Shown piece after piece: positions 57,145 through 64,000 of a stretch of 64,000 nt of DNA. Source of the stretch: Octopus vulgaris. Taxonomy: Eukaryota. The notes below the pieces were generated by a model that saw only the letters and a program-made list of their open reading frames with translations, ran no database searches and was not told where the DNA came from. Where the stretch lies: the NCBI GenBank assembly GCA_951406725.2, contig OX597832.1, positions 21,452,001-21,516,000 of the forward strand, read 5' to 3'. Positions within the stretch are counted from its first letter, which is position 1. The number at the start of each line of letters is the position of its first letter. The position numbers and the translations under genes were made by a program.

Positions 57145-57146
<2 letters not shown>
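55900..57146 (+). mobile_element. Near full-length mariner (DD34D-type) transposon, 1247 bp
   Basis: TA TSDs; TIRs ttgggatggcaagaaagttatttc / gaaattaccttcttgccaacctaa. Confidence 0.92.
56073..57085 (+). pseudogene. Disrupted mariner transposase
   Basis: WVPHKF, TGDEKWIVY, VMLSIWWDYKGVVYFELL, FYHDKTGPH, APDLTPSEYHLF; early stop, frameshifts, third catalytic D changed to E. Confidence 0.92.
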
Positions 57147-57193
<47 letters not shown>

Positions 57194-57199
57194 TATCTA

Positions 57200-57608
57200 T
57201 TCTTTTATTTGTTTCAGTCATTTGACTGCGGCCATGACTGTGGCCATGCTGGAGCATCGGCTTTAGTCGAGCAAATCTACCCCCAGGACTTATTCTTTGT
57301 AAGCCTAGTACTTATTCTATCGTTCTCTTTTCCCGAACCGCTAAGTTACGGGGGACGTAAACACACCAGCACCGGTTGTCAAACGATGTTGGGGGGACAA
57401 ACACAGACACACAAACACATACACACACATACACATATACATAAATATATACGACGGGCATCTTTCAGTATCCTCAACCAAATCCACTAACAAGGCTTTG
57501 GTCGGCCCGAGGCTATAGTAGAAGACACTTGCCCAAGGTGGCATGCAGTGGGACTGAATCCGGAACCATGTGGTTGGTAAGCAAGCTACTTACCACACAT
57601 CCACTCCT
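57200..57608 (-). mobile_element. Full-length family-B SINE
   Basis: Colinear with 16441-16865. Confidence 0.9.
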
Positions 57609-57733
57609 ATATGCATGCATGTATATATATATATATTTTTATATATATATATATATATATTTACATGCATATTACTCTACCTCTGGTATTTGATTACTTT
57701 TCCTACCTTGTTTCACATTTATGTGCTTACTCT

Positions 57734-57772
<39 letters not shown>

Positions 57773-58602
57773 GCATATATGTACGTAAATATGCAGGGAC
57801 TTGCGAATATAACATTCAAGCATATCCATGTATTAACTTATGTGCTCGCGTGTGTATGTATGTGTGTATGAGAATGTGTGTGTGTTTGTGTGTGTGTGTC
57901 AGTAGGTGTAATGCATATCGGGAGAAGCAATGGGGAGGGAGGGAGAAGATTGGGGAAGATAGAAGGAGGGAGGATATATGTCTATGTAACAGATAAGAGG
58001 AACGGAACAAACAGTGGGAAGAGATCAAGGCAAAATGCAAGGGAAAATCAGAATTAACAGAGATTGTGACTTAACAGAGAAGGATTGAGGAGGGAGGGGC
58101 ACGGAAAAGAAAAAAAAGAGCCAAGACTAAAGGAAAAATAAATACAGAAAACATCAAACAAACAAACAAACAAGCAAACAAGAAAAAGAAACGAAAGAAA
58201 GAACATGGAAATAAGTGTAAGTACGGAAGGTATTTTTTAAGATCGGCGATACGTAGCAATTGGCGAGAAATTAACTGCATTCATTGGCTAATTACGCGTT
58301 CGCTATTGCCATGTTATAGAAGGGTTCGTCTCCGCATGCGGGAGCGTTCTCTGAGGCAATCAACAGTCTTCGAATGCTTTCATCGTAATGGCGGAATACT
58401 GGATTGTAACGGGTTATGTCGCAATCGGAATCCAGTGAAAATGTGGATTGTCTCCCTTTATGTCTGCATTTTATGAATATTTTGCTTGCGAAATAGTCTC
58501 ATCCGACTAAAGCGTGAATGTATTAAAACACGTATATGTATATGTATTCAGAGATAGATAGATGGATAGTTTTATATATATATATCTCCATCTCTATCTA
58601 TC

Positions 58603-58644
<42 letters not shown>

Positions 58645-58659
58645 GGTAGATAGAGATGG

Positions 58660-58736
<77 letters not shown>

Positions 58737-58828
58737 TACATGCAGATATATGCATACAGTCCTTCCTATATAATTATATGCATGTAATACACACGCGCAC
58801 TCGTACACATGCACGTACATATATATAA

Positions 58829-58887
<59 letters not shown>

Positions 58888-59184
58888 TGCTCTAGTATTG
58901 TCTAGTATTATCTTTTATACATGTGTATGCGTAGAAATATATACATACATATATAAATATATACTCTTTTATTTCTGAGATATATTTTCTTAAGTTTTTT
59001 TTTGTCTTTTTATAAAGATTGAACGTTTGAATTACGAGCACTCAGTTGGACTCAGAAACTCTCTCTATATATATATATATATACGTACATGCAGACAGAC
59101 AGATAGATTTTGATATATCGATATAAATATTTATATATATACGAGTACTTATATATGAAAACACATACATATACACACTATGTT

Positions 59185-59255
<71 letters not shown>

Positions 59256-59936
59256 GTGTGCGTGTGTTTGTGTGTGTGCATGTTTGTGTGTGTGCATGTT
59301 TGTGTGTGTATATATACATATACATATATATATTTATATATTCATATATAAATGTATGTATGTATACAAGCATATATTCATGTCTGGATGTATTTATTTA
59401 TGCGTGCGCGCGTGTGTACACATGTGTGCTCTGCATCACAAACAAGTAAGCATCTAAGATTACCAACTACCGTGGATCATCTCCGCCACCACCACCACCA
59501 CCACCGGCAACAGCAACAACGCCGCCACCACCTCCTTCAGCACCCACAGGCACACAAACACCTCATTTGCATATATTCATTGAAGATCCAAGGTTTGAAG
59601 TTCGTTATGAAATATTTGTCGATTACTCTAAAAAAATATATCTGAAACGAAGTCCCTCGCTGGAGCTCCCCCTCACCCCACCCAAGACCCCCACCACCCC
59701 GTTTCAATATCGGTATCAGAGAGAGGCTGGGTTTCGATAGAGAAACACACCAACATATATTTATACACTCCATGTGTGTATATATGTGAGCGTGTATGTG
59801 TGTGTGTGTATGCATGCATGCGAACACCCCAGCCTTCCACACACACATACGAATTTATATATATAAACTTGATAATACACAAATATATACATAAATATAA
59901 ACATACATATATATACATACATATATATATGTATAC

Positions 59937-60032
<96 letters not shown>

Positions 60033-60278
60033 TGTCTTTCAAGATTTATAATGTCGTTTGAATAATGCTCGAAATTATTAAGATAGTCAACCGAAAACAG
60101 ATGAACAGCTCTTATACTATGTTAACTTGTCCCGTTTTCTATTTTTCTCGTTATTTACGTATTTCACTCGCTTTTGTCCTGTAATTACTGTCCACATTGT
60201 GTGTGTTATTTGCACCGTTGGTGACGTCCTCACTCATATGTGCATCTCTCTCTCTCTCTCTGTCTCTCTCTCTCTCTC

Positions 60279-60354
<76 letters not shown>

Positions 60355-60481
60355 ATGGATGACCACTCACTAAGTGTACATCTATATGCTAGAAGTCAAC
60401 TCTTTATGGTCTTAAGAAGAGAATGTTCTCAAGAAAATTTAGCAGAACGTAAACGAGCAAGAAGAATGAAAAGATACAAAA

Positions 60482-60537
<56 letters not shown>

Positions 60538-60599
60538 GTCTGATATGATATAATATTTTGGAATATACAAATTCCTTCTTCAGATATCGCATATATGTG

Positions 60600-60671
<72 letters not shown>

Positions 60672-60677
<6 letters not shown>

Positions 60678-61191
60678 GTTAAACAAAATGAGGCAACGAA
60701 GCCAAGGCTGTGTGGAATTTATAGGACATTTATAAAGAGAAAGTTAGTCTTACACCTGTTTCTGGGATACTAGGGATATCCCTTCATCAGAGACGATATG
60801 AGAGAGTTAGCTAGAGGGAAATAGTATAGTTCAATATAAGGAGTTATTTCGGAAAATGATGGATATAGGTGGTATAATGGGAAATAAGAGATAAAAGTAA
60901 AAATATATGTAGGATGTTACAGATGCAGTTCCATTATCCAAGGAAAGTACTGTGTAGAATGGGTAGAAATGCTTCTTGTCCATGGTATGTAGATTCCGAT
61001 AGGAGTTCCTTTTTTGGTATTATAAGCGGATAGTGTGGAGATATAAATTCCATGTGCTGTCATTCATAGGGGTCTTATGGTGTGAATGAAATTTTGAGAG
61101 CGTACTGGTAGGGGCAAGTAGATAGAGAGAAGAGAATAGATGTGTATGTTAGGAGGAGAATGGTATTGGTCAAAAGGAATAGGGGAGGAAA

Positions 61192-61224
<33 letters not shown>

Positions 61225-61480
61225 GGAAGAAAAAATGGAAAAGGAGTATTAGATGATGGTCAAGATATTGTTAGGAGGATTGGAGAGGAGAGCCATCAAG
61301 TTAAAAGGAATAGGGGAGGGACAGAAGGAGGAGATAGGAATATAAGGAAAGAATATGTGTAAGAAGTGGGAGGTGGGGCGATATTTTTCAAAGGTACTAA
61401 GGTGGGGAGATAGGTAAGGAAAATATCCTATAAATTCTACGCAGCCTTGGCTTTGTTGTCTCATTTTATTTAACATGTAC
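60672..61480 (-). mobile_element. Penelope-like relic with inverted terminal fragment and HHR
   Basis: 60676-60730 recurs inverted at about 61424-61479; abuts (TA)n. Confidence 0.7.
60747..60794 (-). ncRNA. Type I hammerhead motif
   Basis: GTCT-CTGATGA-AGGGATA-TCCCTAG-TATCCCA-GAAA-C-AGGT-G-TA-AGAC; A-A at the base of stem II. Confidence 0.75.
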
Positions 61481-61551
61481 ATGCTCACACAAGACCCGCA
61501 TTAGACTCCTCACTCGTATTACTTACATAGCCTTACCTGACATATTGGGTC

Positions 61552-61866
61552 TTAATTTATCGATCCCGAAAGGATGAAAGGCAAAGTCGACCTCGGCGGA
61601 ATTTGAACTCACAACGTAACGGCAGACGAAATACCTATTTCTTTACTGCCCACAAGGGGCTACACACAGAGGGGACAAACAAGGGCAGACAAACGGATTA
61701 AGTCGATTATATCGACCCTAGTGCGTAACTGGTACTTATTTAATCGATTCCGAAAAGATGAAAGGCAAAGTCGACCTCGGCGGAATTTGAACTCAGAACG
61801 TAAAGACAGACGAAATACTTCTAAGCATTTCGCCCGGCGTGCTAACGATTCTGCCAGCTCGCCGCC
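61552..61866 (-). mobile_element. Family-A SINE dimer (second body truncated)
   Basis: Junction gaaatacc|tatttc at 61628-61641. Confidence 0.88.
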
Positions 61867-62290
61867 CTCATAGAACATAGAAAGACCTTCGAACATAGAA
61901 AGACCTTCGATATATGCAAATGCCTGCTGCATTTTCTTAATGGTAAAATGACATGACTCAGGTTCTACTGCCTCTTCTTCTTTATTTTGCTGCCTGTGAA
62001 GCCCTATCAAATCCTCGTTCGTCAGGGGCTGCTTGTCTTTTTCAAATAAATTTGTGAAATTCTCCTCCTCCAAATCCATTTCCAGTTCTTTGCTCGTAGT
62101 CACCAACGATTTGTTGATGGCACCATTATCAAACCCCTTAAAATCATACACGAATTGCGGGCATAGCTTCTTCCATACACCATTCACAGCCGTGCTCTGT
62201 ACATCATTCCATGCCGCTACTATGTTCTGTACAGCCTTGTAGATATCGTATCTCTTCCAAAAGTCACGAAATGTGATGGACTCATTAAGA
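61867..62290 (-). pseudogene. pogo/Tigger transposase C-terminal fragment
   Basis: FRDFWKRYDIYKAVQNIVAAWNDV..NGVWKKLCPQFVYDFKGF..LTNEDL, typical of Tigger/TIGD1-like proteins. Confidence 0.8.
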
Positions 62291-62636
62291 TCAATTACAG
62301 GGAAAAACTATTACAATTTCACCAATCCAACTACGCAGTGAACGGTACCAAATCGAATCTTCTCAAAAGTTCACTAACCAAAACGGCGGCATAACATGGT
62401 GATAGTTCACCGAAGATTATGAGGATTACCAGAGGCTTAAACAAGAAATGAAGGTGATTTTTTACTTAATCCTGCAAAGCCTTCATTGGATCTAATCCAG
62501 AACGTATTTTCAAAAAGTATCAAAGTTTAGAAATTAAAAAAAAAAGAAAATTAATTTTGAAGTCCAAAAATATTAAGTTGCTAAATATTTATGCTTACAA
62601 CATACTAATTTGTCTGTGATTTTATCTAATAATTTC

Positions 62637-62790
62637 TCTATCTGTAAAGATTAGAATGTGTGTGTGTGCTTATCTGTCTGTCTGTGTGTGTCAGTCTGTG
62701 AGAATCCCTAAAACTCGAGAACTACTCGACCGATTTCATTCAAATTTTATACATGCCTTACTTAGGGTCCATGTAGTGTCATAAGCCAAT
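62637..62790 (+). mobile_element. Helitron-like 5' fragment
   Basis: tctatctgtaaag start, (TG)/(TCTG) tract, accgatttcattcaaatttt motif. Confidence 0.5.
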
Positions 62791-62887
62791 AAGAGCAATC
62801 TCTTATCTCCTACACTATTTCAGGATTACGTGTCAAAGTAGAAAACAATAACATCTCTCTATTGCAATGTGAGATACTTTCCCTTCA

Positions 62888-62991
<104 letters not shown>

Positions 62992-63387
62992 CATACATAT
63001 TCCTCATAAACACTCTACCACTGCTACTAATAACTGTTGGTAACCCTTTCAGACCTGCCTTACATCTCAACCGGAATCTCGAAAACATTGTCCTCTTTAC
63101 ATCTCATTCTTATTTCATTACCACGGCAGGCAAATAGAACTTACTTCTCGTGACGGGACAATGGAAGATGGTAATAACAGACATTAACCACATGCTACCT
63201 TGTCCAGTAAAATATATTGTCATCCACTTCACCTCTAGCCTAGCGAACGGAGAGTTCAAACGACCCCACACCACTGATATCTTTCTTCATCCTTCTAGCT
63301 GTCTGCTTTCCTATTAATACGACAAAATTCATGTCCTGGCAAACAACATTCGGAACGCAATTCACAATCACTGTCTCCTTTTCTCAT

Positions 63388-64000
63388 ACCTATTTCTTTA
63401 CTACCCACAAGGGGCTAAACACAGAGAGGACAAACAAGGACAGAAAAAGGGATTAAGTCGATTATATCGACCCCAGTGCGTAACTGGTACTTATTTAATC
63501 GACCCCTAAAGGATGAAAGTTAAAGTCGACCTCGGCGGAATTTGAACTCAGAACGTAGCGGCAGACGAAATACCTATTTCTTTATTACCCACAAGGGGCT
63601 AAACACAGAGAGGACAAACAAGGACAGACAAACATTTTGAGTCCATTATATCGATCCCAGTGCGTAACTGGTACTTATTTAATCGACCCCTAAAGGATGA
63701 AAAGTAAAATCGACCTCGGCGGAATTTGAACTCAGAACGTAGCGGCAGACGAAATACCTATTTCTTTATTACCCACAAGGGGCTAAACACAGAGAGGACA
63801 AACAAGGACAGACAAACATTTTGAGTCCATTATATCGATCCCAGTGCGTAACTGGTACTTATTTAATCGACCCCTAAAGGATGAAAAGTAAAATCGACCT
63901 CGGCGGAATTTGAACTCAGAACGTAGCGGCAGACGAAATACCTATTTCTTTATTACCCACAAGGGGCTAAACACAGAGAGGACAAGCAAGGACAGACAAA
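63388..64000 (-). repeat. SINE-derived tandem array, 184-bp unit, at least 3.3 copies, running off the window
   Basis: acctatttcttta at 63388, 63572, 63756 and 63940. Confidence 0.95.

Noticed and set aside
58397-58437. ACTGGATT..AATCCAGT hairpin as a pre-miRNA
   Set aside because: Stem too short and no known mature miRNA recognised.
61660-62187. 175-aa ORF as a domesticated Tigger gene
   Set aside because: A transposase fragment running into a SINE; lacks the N-terminus and most of the DDE domain.

Overview
Repeat-dominated, AT-rich eukaryotic non-coding DNA, most likely an Octopus (coleoid cephalopod) intergenic or intronic region, judged from the SINE families and extreme microsatellite density. 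No intact host protein-coding exon could be supported; nearly all listed ORFs are translated microsatellites. Contents: dozens of tRNA-derived SINE copies from at least 3 families, decayed Tc1/mariner and pogo/Tigger transposons (one near full-length mariner at 55900-57146), a non-autonomous Helitron, DINE-1/HINE-like elements and two HERO-like (restriction-like endonuclease) LINE fragments. The main signals are three. (1) A diverse set of type I hammerhead-ribozyme (HHR) motifs in small ORF-less elements inserted in (TA)n or (ATT)n tracts, including an apparently identical 535-bp tandem array with one intact HHR per unit (retrozyme / Penelope-pLTR-like). (2) A SINE that forms head-to-tail multimers through one precise GAAATA|GGTATT junction at 5 separate loci. 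(3) Hammerhead core segments in a non-standard strand order in both HERO-like 3' UTRs. All structures were paired by eye; nothing was computed or searched.
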